This document shows, piece after piece, positions 46,135 to 57,102 of a DNA stretch of 64,000 bases. Every line of letters begins with the position of its first letter. Positions within the stretch are counted from its first letter, which is position 1. The translations under genes and the position numbers were made by a program. Origin of the DNA: Amoebophrya sp. A120 (Eukaryota; Protista; Dinoflagellata); the NCBI GenBank assembly GCA_905178155.1, contig CAJINV010000004.1, positions 10,647,655 to 10,711,654 of the forward strand, given 5' to 3'. The notes under the pieces are model-generated. The model saw nothing but the letters and a program-made list of their open reading frames with translations, was not told where the DNA came from and searched no databases.

Positions 46135-49100
46135 AGAACTTGAGGTGGACGACCCCGTTGATGTGGCGGAGTCGCGATTCTACTTGAAGTTCATGTGCAC
46201 GCTCGGAGCTTTCGTGCTCGTCATGGAGATCCTGACCGCGTTCAGCAACCCGGGAATCGTTATGCCTCGCAACTGCTCGTGTCTGGGTCTGGAACTACAC
46301 TGCAAGAATAAACTTCTCGACATTCATAATTATTCCAAGATTCGACCTGATCGACATTGTTCTAGACCCGGACATTATCCAAGAAAAAAACATTGTAGGT
46401 GTATACTTCTTTGGAGGAACAGCATTACAAATTTGTTTGGCATGACAGCAAAAACCTGTCATGCGCAGATAGTACGTGAAAACGCCCTTTAACAGACCCT
46501 ACGATGCATGCCAAGCATGACAGACGCAATCACTTTGCATGTTGCGCATCACAAACTTACAGTAACAGCGTTTTTTTCTTGGATAGACATCACATTTGCA
46601 GAGGATAACCCTGCCGCGCGCACCAAGGTCCGAGCGCCGCGGGCGACAGCTCTATCACCTGAAAAATTTTCGCTAAAGCGATGCCATATCTTATGTTTAT
46701 GGTCATGCATGAGCAAGTGGACTAGCCTGAGACATAAAGTTGTTCCACCAGCGCCAAGGGTCGGAGATGAAACACTTTTATCTTGGGTCAGGGTACTATA
46801 CCTAAGAATGACAAAAAATTTGGCTACTTATCGCATGCAAGATGACGAGACAAAAGTTTTCCTGGTTGATACACTGCCGCCAAGGCTGATGCTAGTCCGG
46901 GGGTGCGTGGTGAAGCAGAAATGGTGTCCGACTTGCGACATTTTCCGCCCGCCGCGGTCCAAGCACTTATGAGAATGCACAAGTTCGTCTTCCCCACCTC
47001 CTGTCATGTTGGAAGGCTGACAGCAGGGCTTCCCTAAGGAAATTAATCCTCCTCATGTGTCATGCAAAAGCCCACATCCTCCAGATCCAATGCTGTGCTC
47101 GCCTCTTGGCACTTTTTTTACACACGAAACCTTTCGCAAGTCCAAAGTCAAACAGGACTACATTTGAAGCGTAGAGCTGTTTTCATAAAAAGAGTGAATT
47201 ATCATGATTGCTGTTGCTTGTGATTGTGGATGTCATTTTGATGCTTGATATGGTGCTGATGACGGCAAATGACGGGGAGCGGAAGTTGTTCACTCTCATA
47301 GCAGTGTGCGTACTGCGACAACTGCGTCCTGCGCTTCGACCACCACTGTAAGTCTATCTATGGATGACGATATGTCTATGCTGGTGTTTCCGTTTATCTA
47401 TAGAAAAGAACAGAATTTTTTTGTCGCAGACGATAGCTACACCTGCCAGGCTGAATGTGAGTCGTAGGCTAGTTTCATAAGTGGTTTCACTTCATATCTG
47501 CGCATGACAAGTTTTTTGCTGTCATACCAATCTGATTTGTAAGGCTTTTCTTCCAAAAAAAGGATGATGTTTGTGATTCGCGTTTTGTGGCGAGATTTCT
47601 TCTCTGCTGCGAAACTTGCTTTGCAACTCGCAATACCTATGACCCAGAAAGTCGCAAAAAGGATTCAACAATTTGTCATGCTTTTTTGCCCTACCCCTAT
47701 AGAAACATCTCACGCGACACTCAGCAACAAGGCAAAAAATCAACTACATGCTACTTTCAGACCCAGACTTATTTGCAGTGGTGGATCTATAGACCCGTTG
47801 ATGTGCGTTTGTAGCAATTTGATTCACGTGTTCGTTGTATGTTGCGCTGTCATGAGAGAGCAGAAGTAATATGATTTATCTCCTGCTTCCACCTCAGGTA
47901 CTTGGCTCGGGAACTGCATTGGGCTCTTCAACTATCGCTTCTATCTTATCGCACGAAAAAACTTTACTTCCACTGTAAGAACGACTTGGCAGCGTTTGCA
48001 TCATAATTTTACCCTACATGCCGAATAAAGAATTACCCTGCGCTTTTGCTGAGGGAAAACACACCGACGAATCGATCCACTGTTTTGGACCAGAGGGTCC
48101 CAAGAAAACTAGACGTGACTGGTGAGTTCATGCTCACGTCCGGCCGGACGGGCGACACGCGACCACGGGTGGCGGCCGGCTTGCTGAAAAAGTAGATGAG
48201 GCGCGTCTGTAGCTCCTGCACGCTCTGCAGCGAAAGATGCGCCCGTCGCCCGCGTAGCCGGCCTCCCCGTTGACATACACCGCCCCCGGGCGGGAATGAG
48301 GCTACTTACAACATGCTGCTTCAATGAGCGTTTACACCACGACGCGCCGCTTGCGTTAGCATGCGTAGCTGCGGTGGTCCGTGCCCGGCGCCCGACGCCC
48401 GCACCGGACTAAGAAGAAAAAATAGGTCCCAACAAGCTCCTGACCATGCACTCAGGTCCTGCGTTCGGCCACAACTTTTTGAAACAAAGCTCGGAAACAA
48501 GGCTGCGACCTGCCCCCGGGCACCTGCCGTCCGTGACCTTCCCGGTCACGTCTAGGCCCTTTGTTATATTGCCAGGCATGTCGAGCAACAGAGCAGACAC
48601 TGCGTTGCACAAGTTTACTGTTTACTTATAGTACATGACAATAGTGAAGACGTTCAAGAAGTAGTTTTTGTTTGCGATAGATCTGGTGTTGATTTATTCC
48701 ACCACGTTGCTGCTCTCCCTGGTGCTCGTATCCGCGGTATCAAAAGGAAAAATCCCCCCACCCCATATCAAAAAGGAGTTTCTGATGCTGGATTTCAGTA
48801 CACAAACCAGATTTGTCTTGCAGTAGAGTACTGCAGGCCCATATCATGCCAATGTAGCGAGGTTTTGGCCTAGGCACTTAGCATGCGGAACGTCTCCGCT
48901 GTAGGCCCAACAGCATTACAAACCGCCTGCATAATGGGGCGGAGCCTCTGCCGTTGCTTTCTTGCAAGACAGACAATATCTGTGGTCACAAATCAGCATC
49001 ACAAATTCTCTGAGGCGTTCCTTTTCGATATGGGGAGGGGGGACTTTTCCCTTGAATACGCGGCCCACGTGATCACGCAGTCTGCACGGACAAAAAGCTT

Positions 49101-49540
49101 CCTCGAGTGTGTGATACCAATTGTAAAAATGTCTGGGTCCTCTGGAAATTTGTGATGCTGGGTGGCGTCTCATGATGAGGCTACAGATGCTGGCTCAGCA
49201 TGACAAGTTTCTGAGCTCCTAGGTGTTGCCTATTCTGCATGACGAACTGCGCTTCTGCATCACAGAAAAGCGGAGCTCTTGGGTAACGTGCATGACAGAT
49301 TTAAGGGTCATGCCAGACAAGGAAGCATGACAAACATGAATTCTTCCAGACCCAGACATTTTTACATTTGATATGTGACCAATCTAGACAACTTGACGCT
49401 CTACCTGTTCTACCTGTTTTGTCTCGTGGCGTGGTGCGGAGTTGCCCTCTTGGCCTTGTACCACAGCGGCATCACGTTGTACAACCTCACGACCAGCGAG
49501 CACGTCAAAAATGTGGACAAAGTGAATCCGTTCGACATGG
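46135..49540 (+). CDS. DHHC palmitoyl acyltransferase, core exons (gene probably extends upstream and to ~54478)
   Basis: TAFSNPGIVPR; KWCPTCDIFRPPRSKH|CAYCDNCVLRFDHHC|TWLGNCIGLFNYRFY; NLTTSEHVK; NPFDMG. Confidence 0.92.
46261..46607. mobile_element. Degenerate introner
   Basis: TATGCCTCGCAA...TTGCAGAGGATA; flanks ATCGT/ACCCT; the join gives NPGIVPR. Confidence 0.7.
46968..47300. mobile_element. Introner splitting the His-Cys of the DHHC cysteine-rich domain
   Basis: TATGAGAATGCACAAGTTC...GAAGTTGTTCACTCTCATA; flanks GCACT/GCAGT. Confidence 0.85.
47947..48679. mobile_element. Introner containing a nested MITE
   Basis: TATCGCACGAAAAAACT...AGTTTTTGTTTGCGATA; flanks TATCT/GATCT; the join gives NYRFYLVLI. 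Confidence 0.8.
48109..48555. mobile_element. GC-rich MITE with ~24-bp TIR
   Basis: CTAGACGTGACTGGTGAGTTCA...TGACCTTCCCGGTCACGTCTAG; the terminal CTAG or TA could be the TSD. Confidence 0.7.
48738..49058. mobile_element. Introner, family B (opposite orientation to 10395-10716)
   Basis: TSD CGCGG; frame restored. Confidence 0.95.
49115..49373. mobile_element. Introner, family A
   Basis: TSD TGTGA; the join gives ECV|TNLDN. Confidence 0.95.
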
Positions 49541-51043
49541 GTACAACTACTCAATAATCTTTTGCAAAATGAGTTATGACCATGGTCTCGGTCGTCCGTG
49601 AGAAAAAGAAATCCAGCCGGGCACTAACCGCTTCTTGATTTTGTCATGCGGATTTTCATTTTGAGATTGAGTTTCGATTGTATAATTTCCATTCACAGCA
49701 TTGGCATTGCTCTTGTTGATTGCCAAGAAGTAAGTACAACTTTGTACTACCTTGAAGGCACGTGATAAAAACAGGATGGGAGCGCAACGCGAAACACGTG
49801 TGGTGCAGTATCACACAGCACAAAAATTATCGCAAGAAAAAACTGTTTCACTGTGAACTTGTGATGCAGAAAATGGACTGCAGAAGTGTGTGTCATGCTA
49901 CACATGCAAGACAATGGATTTCTAGCTGTGTTTTCCCTTAGGAACCCCGAATGACAGATTTTTAGTGTCATGCGTAAAACAAACTTGTGATGCAGATTTT
50001 GCAGAATCACCACAGTGAAACAGTTTTTTCGTGGGATAAAAATGCATCACATTGTAGTACGGCGCTTTTGTAAGTGCAATAAAAATGATGATTAGGGCAC
50101 CAAGCAGCCAAATAGGTAGAGGAAACCACTACACATGTGAAGAACAGTGTCTCTCTCATTGGAGGGCCGGTAGATGCATACTGCTTCCTTGAGCAGAGCA
50201 AGTGCCTGAGCAGGACAAACCTTTCTAGTGCATTTAATTAGTAGTTTATAGGTGTTGCAGATCAGCAACGAAATCTATGCCTGCGCACCACCAGTCTGTT
50301 CGTGTGCTGGCTGGTTTGTTATGTGTGATATGCACACCGGAAACGCTAATCTCCGAAGGTGAGCACGTGGATCTCGTCTACGAGGGCATACAGGATGAGG
50401 AGCACGAAACTGTCAGTCTGGACTGACATCGCGTCGCAGTGGAACAAAACGCAGCATTGGGTGCAGTAACCCTGCTTATGATGCGGTGTGTGAAGCCGAA
50501 ACATGAAGTCATTGTGTATCAAGATCATGATCAACATCATCAGTGCAAACGATGAACACGGAGAATGAATAAATCCCGCACAGAGAGTGGATATTTTTGA
50601 TCTTAGAAAAATTGCTTTCAGTGGCACATTATCCACTGCAGATTATATATACGCCTGGGTCCTCTGGCGGCTTGTCATGCTGGAAACTTGTAGATTCTGA
50701 AACGCTTTGAATTTGTGAGGTCAAGCATCAGTCAGAAACTGTTGGAATTCCTTAGCATAAAAATTGCGTAGCCTGCATGAGAAACTGCGTTTTATTTGCG
50801 TGACAAGTAACAAGGATCTTCTTGTGCATTTGTTGGTCCTCTTGCGAATACAGATTTTAGTATAAGAAAGGGAATTTTTATGTTAAACGAAAAAGCGTTT
50901 AGCGACCCAGATCGATAGAATTTGCAATGCATAAACAGCCCCAGCAGATGATACCAGCAGAAGTTAGTAGCAGCGGACGGAGTCGCGCCACAGTTCTTTC
51001 AGTGATGACATGGTATGTAATACGCAGAACAAGTTTATTCGGT

Positions 51044-51322
51044 TATCCTGAGTAAAAACGTACCCACACCAGAGTCAGGAAGAGGATTTTGCAACACAAG
51101 CCTAGGAGTTTTGTGAGTCACGCATGACAAGTTGCGCTATGCAGTGTAGTGCAGGTTAGCAAGTGCAGCCGCATCACAGATTCATCTGCTCATCCTGTTC
51201 ACAGCATCACAAATTCCAAAACACGATTGGAAATGGCTCTCATGGGGATGCGCATTACAAGTTTTCCTGTCTTTGCAAATCTGCATTACAACTCTGGCGT
51301 GGGTACGTTTTTACTCAGGATA
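51044..51322. mobile_element. Introner-type element, family C
   Basis: ~32-bp near-perfect TIR TATCCTGAGTAAAAACGTACCCAC; TSD TCGGT. Confidence 0.9.
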
Positions 51323-51387
51323 TCGGTGTGCAGCTGCGGTGTGCGTGTGGATCCGTCGAGCCGAAGCTGCTGTGTTGGATAAATCCC

Positions 51388-51667
51388 TATCCTGAGTAAA
51401 AACGTACCCACACCAGAGTCAGGATGGGGAATCTGCTAGACAAATCAGCCAGCTTTGGTTGTTTGGCATGACAAGTTTGTCCGCGTAGTGTAGTGCTGTT
51501 TGAGCTAGTTTAGCAGCATTACAGATCTAGTATCTCGTGCTGATTGGAGCATGACAAATTTCAAAACCGCATTAGAAAACGCTTCTCATGGGGCTCTGCA
51601 TGAGAAACATTTTAAGCATACAGAGTTGCATGACAACTATGGTGTGGGTACGTTTTTACTCAGGATA
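51388..51667. mobile_element. Introner-type element, family C
   Basis: Same TIR; flanked by AATCCC on both sides (6 bp). Confidence 0.9.
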
Positions 51668-51721
51668 AATCCCATGCAAGTGTTCAATCAAATAACGCTG
51701 CTCCCTTGGTGGTTACTGTGG

Positions 51722-52536
51722 TATGTAGTGAGCAGGTCATCGAGCGGCTGTAACCGGGGAGTTTTTTTGACATCCATCTCGCAAAACGACCGGCAGTTTT
51801 GAAGTGGCCGGAAGCGTTTTTGGACATAAAAAGTTTTCAATTATCAAGCGGCTTTGGCTGTGTCGGCACCAAATCGCCAGCGGGTTCTATCGGTCGCCGC
51901 TTGAAAAAACGACGCAGGGGAGCCAGCGAAAGCGGCGCCCGTCTGAGGCGCCCACCGCCTCGGTTTCTGGCGGTTTGGGGTGCCCGAAAAGGGGTGCCAA
52001 AAAAATGCCAAGACGAGATAAAGCACGGATCCGCATGGTGTGGGCCCCATTTTTGCCCACTTTTTGAGGTCGCAAAGCCGGCCACCAAAATCATGCACTT
52101 GTAACGCGGTGAGCAGGGCAAAAAGTGCGACTTTTCAGCAAAAAAAAAATAAAAAAATGCGAACGCCGCCAAAATCTGAGGGCTAACCCACATGCTATGC
52201 GCCCGGTTTGGGGCGCCCAAGGGGCCGGCCCTGGCGGAGGCCCTTCGGGGGACATAGCATGTGGGCAAGCGTTTCGATTCTGGGGGCGGCAGGGGCGCGG
52301 CTTTTCAACAAAAAAAACCAAAGGGCGCGAATTTCGCCAAAAGCAGCAAGCTAGCCCGCATGATATAGGCCCGATTTGGGGGCCCATAGGGCCGACCCTG
52401 GCGGAGGCCCTTGCGGGGCCATAGCGTGCGGGAAAAAGTTTCGTCTCTGAAAAGAGAAAAAACCCCGGCGCCGTCCAGTCAAAAAATCCCGGCGCGACCT
52501 CACTATCTACCTCCGCGGACGCGGCTATTCTTGGTA
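51722..52536 (+). mobile_element. Non-autonomous Helentron/Helitron2-like repeat, copy 2
   Basis: Begins TATGTAGTGAG; ends GACCTCACTA..CCGCGGACGCGG..TTGGTA; the first ~300 bp are clearly homologous to copy 1. Confidence 0.65.
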
Positions 52537-53246
52537 AAAAGAATTTATACCTCGATGCCCATATTCCGTCTTCCTGCGTTATTCGCTCCGTCCTTCTAGC
52601 AAACACAAGTATGTGTTGTGGAACATGGAACGTTCGTTAGAAATGAATTCCATTGCGGTTTTCTGTCATTCATCTTGTTTGTCATTTTGAACTGGTGGGT
52701 TATTGTGTCGGAACAAAAAGCGGGAACGAGGGAGAAGCTTTCGCAAATACTTAAAATGTTCTCGGCCTCACGGAGAAAAGGTGCTGTCGCTCGTGTTCTT
52801 CTCTTAGGTTTCTTGCACACGGCAAGTAACCTGCCGTACGCATGCCACGCTGTCATCTTCAACGCGAGCCAGTTTCTCCGGAGACACTGCGGCCCCGGCC
52901 CTCGGCGAGCGGAGCCTTGGGTTGTGGTGGACAACGACGACACGCGGCAGACAAACCGTATCGCCCGCTCAGGTTTCGCAATCTCTGCCATCTTCACAAT
53001 GAACGCGCAAGACTCCACCTCCTCCTGTGAAAATCGTGGACCAACAAAATCAAAAAGTAACGTAAGGCATGACATGTCTTTAGTTTATCTTTTGCAGTGT
53101 CTGGGAGGGACGATCGAGTGCGAATTTTCCCTTTCCAAATCGGGTCATGCGCATTCCTGTAAACAAAAGTGGACATAGTACGAGTGGTATGCATGACTTA
53201 ATACCTTTCCGATTCCGAATGAAAATTTCATACATTATATTGGAAC

Positions 53247-54478
53247 AGTTGAAGAGACAGACGACAGAGTCGTTGTAACACCTGAGCGGGCGATTAGCCG
53301 AAGAGTCGTCTATTCCCGTCTTGATCCGCAGTACTACCCCGCATCAGACCTGCAGTTTAACCCGGGCTGCGTTCCAGGTAAGGTGGAGGTTCCTCACAGT
53401 AGGAGAGTGCACAACCCCTCCATAATTCTCTCCTTTGTCATGCAACTATGCCAATTGCACAACTGCCAGCTCTGCTCTGCTCGTTTTCTTTTGACATGGT
53501 GCGTGTGAGAAGCTCCTGCGGAGCAATCATAGTGAACCAGTTGTAGTACTGTAATCATCCTGCTCTGATGGAACTCTACTGATGTCGTACTGACGCTACA
53601 ACATTATCCAGAGTGAGTGACTCTCCTGTCACTCCGCACACAGCAGTACTGGGTGCCCGTCCACTCATTAGAATGAGAAAAGATAATGTTTATCCCGGAC
53701 ACGCACAAATATGATGATGATGATGATGTTTTGTTGTGGTGTTCTTGTCCTTCAAAGAAATGAGGGAGATAAGGGGCTGTGCAATTTGGATAGACTGTGG
53801 CGGCTTAACCTTCCCAGACCAAATTCCGGCGAAGGAAGCTCGGGTGGCAGAGCAGCTGCGAGAGGTAGCAACCGCTGCCGCATGGAACAAACGGGACCGG
53901 CGTGCAGCGGGATCCAGCATCTGGGATCCTTGCAACTCCTGCAGCTCCTCCTGCGCTAGCTTCGTCACGGCGCGGTCGTGCGCGAGTCACGAAGAGTGCT
54001 CCCCCTCGGTGAATATGGCATTTGCAAATACGTTTGGGTCTGGAAGAGATCCAACTTCCTTGTGATGCATTGTGTAGATCACACGTACGAATTGGTCTTG
54101 CGCGGGGAGCAGCAGATACCCATTTTTCGCCATGCTGATGCGGAATAGGCATTGTAAGGGCCTTACAATAAACCATGTGATGCTAATATTTATTCTCTCC
54201 CGTTTCTTTTTCCAAACCTCATGGGGGACGCAAAATCTGGCGCATGACAAACTCCCAGGCTGATCCAGCCCCAGACATTTTTGCATTTGATAGTGCTGAA
54301 AGTCGAGCAAGGCCACCAGCGACCTTGCTTTATCGAGGAGGTGCAAATCCAGCCGCAGACGCAGCGTAGCGGCGGTTTTCTTTCCTGTATGAGCTGCTTC
54401 CCTGCCTCTATCGGTACCAGCTGGCCCTCGTCCGGTGGTAGCGCGACGGAGATCTCAACACCTGCTCGCCTTGTGTAA
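53247..54478 (+). CDS. Coding exons, possibly the C-terminal tail of the DHHC gene
   Basis: Exons ~53247-53377 (GTAAG donor), ~53818-54010 and ~54293-54478 join in frame. Confidence 0.45.
54014..54292. mobile_element. Introner, family A
   Basis: TIR present; flanks GTGAA/GTGCT. Confidence 0.75.
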
Positions 54479-54886
54479 TTGGTGACGGTGGTGCTGCCCT
54501 TCAATATTACTTATATCTAACTAAAAAATGAAAGAGAGTTGCTCATGCTGCCATGCGCTTTTGCCGTGCTAAGTAATCCTGACTCTTGGTCTTGACAGAC
54601 AGAAATACACACCCACTCGCACTTTCATCTTGCGAAAATTTGTTTGCACGCCCGCACGGTCTACTTATTTGGTGACACTTTTATAGAACTACTCTACGGG
54701 TTGTCGATGTCGTCGTGTTAGCCACAGATTTTGCAATTGGTCTGCCGAAACGAAAAAAACAGGTTCTTTGAAAATATAGTATGTTTTATTTTATTACAGC
54801 AGAATCGGCACAACTTCCACTTACCAAATTCGATATCAATGAACACAGGAAACGTCGCTCTGAAGATGAACTACAAGTGCGATTAT

Positions 54887-55665
54887 CTGGTAACCAAATG
54901 CGTGCGCGCGCGATATTGCTTAGCAAACGCAGCGCGAAGGCAGTTGCCGTTACCATATAGGGCAACCGCCGGGAGGCGTGAAGGTCAGGGAAATGGCCAG
55001 AAATGAAGCGGGAGAAGGGAAAAAAAGCGGACCAGATGGGAAAATGGCCAGGACGTCAAAAATGTTGCCAAAACGGCAGAAGCCAAGCGGGAGAAGGTGA
55101 AAAAAGAGCATTTTTGCGGTTTGGCCCACTTGATATCGGAAAAAGAGACGGACTATTTTTTGCTCCGCCCGCTGGCCAGCTGCGTTGGAGAAGCAGGCCC
55201 GCGACCTGTTCGGAAGCCTTGGGCCGCTTCGTAACTGGAAAAAGTTGGGAAAAAATGGCAAAAAGTCGCGGCATAACGTGGGTGGGAGCAATCGTCGGAT
55301 TTTGTCCAGATCACCCGGGCCGCTTGGAAAATGGGAAAAGAGGAAAAATCTTGCAAAAGCGCAATCCTTCCGCAGGCTTCAAAACTGCCAGTCAGCTGAG
55401 GGCGGTGAAAATGTGCAGAGCCCTTCGGCCGACTAAAAACCTGAAAAAAGAGCGAAAATTAAAAAAAATCGAGAACCCTCGGCAGGCTGACAAACTGGCC
55501 GCCGAGGGCGGTCCGGCGGGCGCGTGGTCGCGCCATACCGTCGGGATTGTGAAAAAAAAAACCGCACTAGAGGCGGGCGGAGGGATGTCACAAAATCCCC
55601 ATTTGCCCTGGATTGTGGGCACAAATCCGGCACCTCCGCCGCATCTGAAATGGCCGATTTTGATG
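54887..55665. mobile_element. GC-rich insertion flanked by a ~49-bp duplication
   Basis: CGCTCTGAAGATGAACTACAAGTGCGATTAT on both sides; hairpins near both ends. Confidence 0.65.
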
Positions 55666-55739
55666 GTTAGCCACAGAAAACGCCGCTCTGAAGATGAACT
55701 ACAAGTGCGATTATACGACAGAAATGAAGCTATTTTATC

Positions 55740-56611
55740 GACACATCTACCCTGGTAGATTCTTTTCGTGGAGTGACTGGAAGGAGTTCCTCCGGTCTAG
55801 TTTGTTCATGGGCTGGCAGATCCCTAGAAGCTAATGCCTGGAGGTACTGGACTCCCTTGCCCTGCGAGAGGGGCGGGAGGGTGCCTCCCGTTCGCGGTGT
55901 TTGGAGTGCGTTTTGAGCTGTGAGACGCAGCTATTTTTGTCTCTACACGCAGGTTTACATGTTCCGCTAGAGTGCAGAGCATTGCCTAGAGGGCAGTCCC
56001 AGCGGGGACAGTTTGCGTTTGCCGATGCTTCGCTAGAGTGCGGAGCATTGCCTAGAGGGCAGCCCCAGCGGGGGCAGTTTGCGTTTGCCGATGCTTCGCT
56101 AGAGTGCGGAGCATTGCCTAGAGGGCAGTCCCAGTGGGGACAGTTATTTGCGTTCGCCGAAGCTTCGCTAGAGTGCGAGACATCTGTCTTGAGGGCAGTC
56201 CCAGAGTGACAGGTTTGCGCATGCTCGCCATGAGGCCGGCCCCAACGGAGGCGGTGTCGCGGTGTTTTGCTACAAGGCCAGTTTCCGCGGGGAGTAGTTT
56301 TGCGGGCATTTGTTTTGGGGAAAGATGACATCTTGATCTTGTGGCCGGGGTCGCCACTGTCCGGCGGCGTCGTTTGGCGCATTATTTCCGTTCTCTTTGG
56401 ACGATATCGATATGCCTTCTGTCCTCGATCTCGCCTTGCTTTGGGAACAGGGGTCGTTTGCCACTGGCGGTACCCATACCCAATCCGTTACCCTTGCGAA
56501 CTTGTTCCCATGCTTTGGCTGGGGTTCTTGGTGTCCAATTTGTTCGCCCTCTGTTCCCTTAGCAGGGCGGGGTCGAGGATCCTCCTCGTCAATTACGAAG
56601 TGCAATCAGCT
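55740..56611. mobile_element. Insertion flanked by a ~60-bp duplication, containing a 66-bp tandem repeat (~55965-56210)
   Basis: 55680-55739 is repeated at 56612-56671; unit CGCTAGAGTGCGGAGCATTGCCTAGAGGGCAG... occurs about 3.5 times. Confidence 0.7.
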
Positions 56612-56828
56612 ACGTCGCTCTGAAGATGAACTACAAGTGCGATTATACGACAGAAATGAAGCTATTTTATCAAGTGCAATAGATCTGTCTGGGTCCTCTG
56701 GAAAAATGCAGTTGGCTGTCATGCGGAATCTGCGTGACGCTGACCGCCCAGAAGCTGCTCTAGCATGCAGGCAATGGCACCACAGGTCCTCGCTTCGAGG
56801 AGGTTCCTCAGTGCCTATCCGGCACGAG

Positions 56829-57102
56829 TATCAAATGCAAAAATGTCTGGGTCTGGAAGAATGCGCGATTTGTCATGCAGCTTTGATTCCATGACCATGA
56901 CCCATGAGGTCTGGAATGCAGCACCTAGCATGACAGATTCTGTGCGATCTCTCTCATGCCTATCCTGCGTGACAAACTCCCTCCCGACTTGTGCAAAACT
57001 GGACGACCTTTGGTAATCCTGCAACACAGATTTTTGCATGCTTGAGATTTAGCATGACAAGTTGCATTCTTCCAGACCACCCAGACATTTTTACAATCCA
57101 TA
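56829..57102. mobile_element. Introner, family A, nested inside another family-A-like element (56668-57261)
   Basis: TSD ACGAG; interior is the reverse complement of 6596-6864. Confidence 0.9.

Noticed and set aside
51323-51387. 65-bp gap between two family-C elements equals the linker length of the 33-kb array
   Set aside because: No sequence similarity or hairpin, and each element has its own short TSD; probably coincidental, so counted only in the spacing observation.
55831-56382. Cys-containing repeat protein on the minus strand
   Set aside because: Arises from a 66-bp tandem DNA repeat inside an insertion; no support for coding.
4561-57039. Recurring peptides KCKNVWVWK, KMSGSG and FQTQTFLHL in many short ORFs
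   Set aside because: They are translations of the family-A TIR in different frames, not a protein domain.
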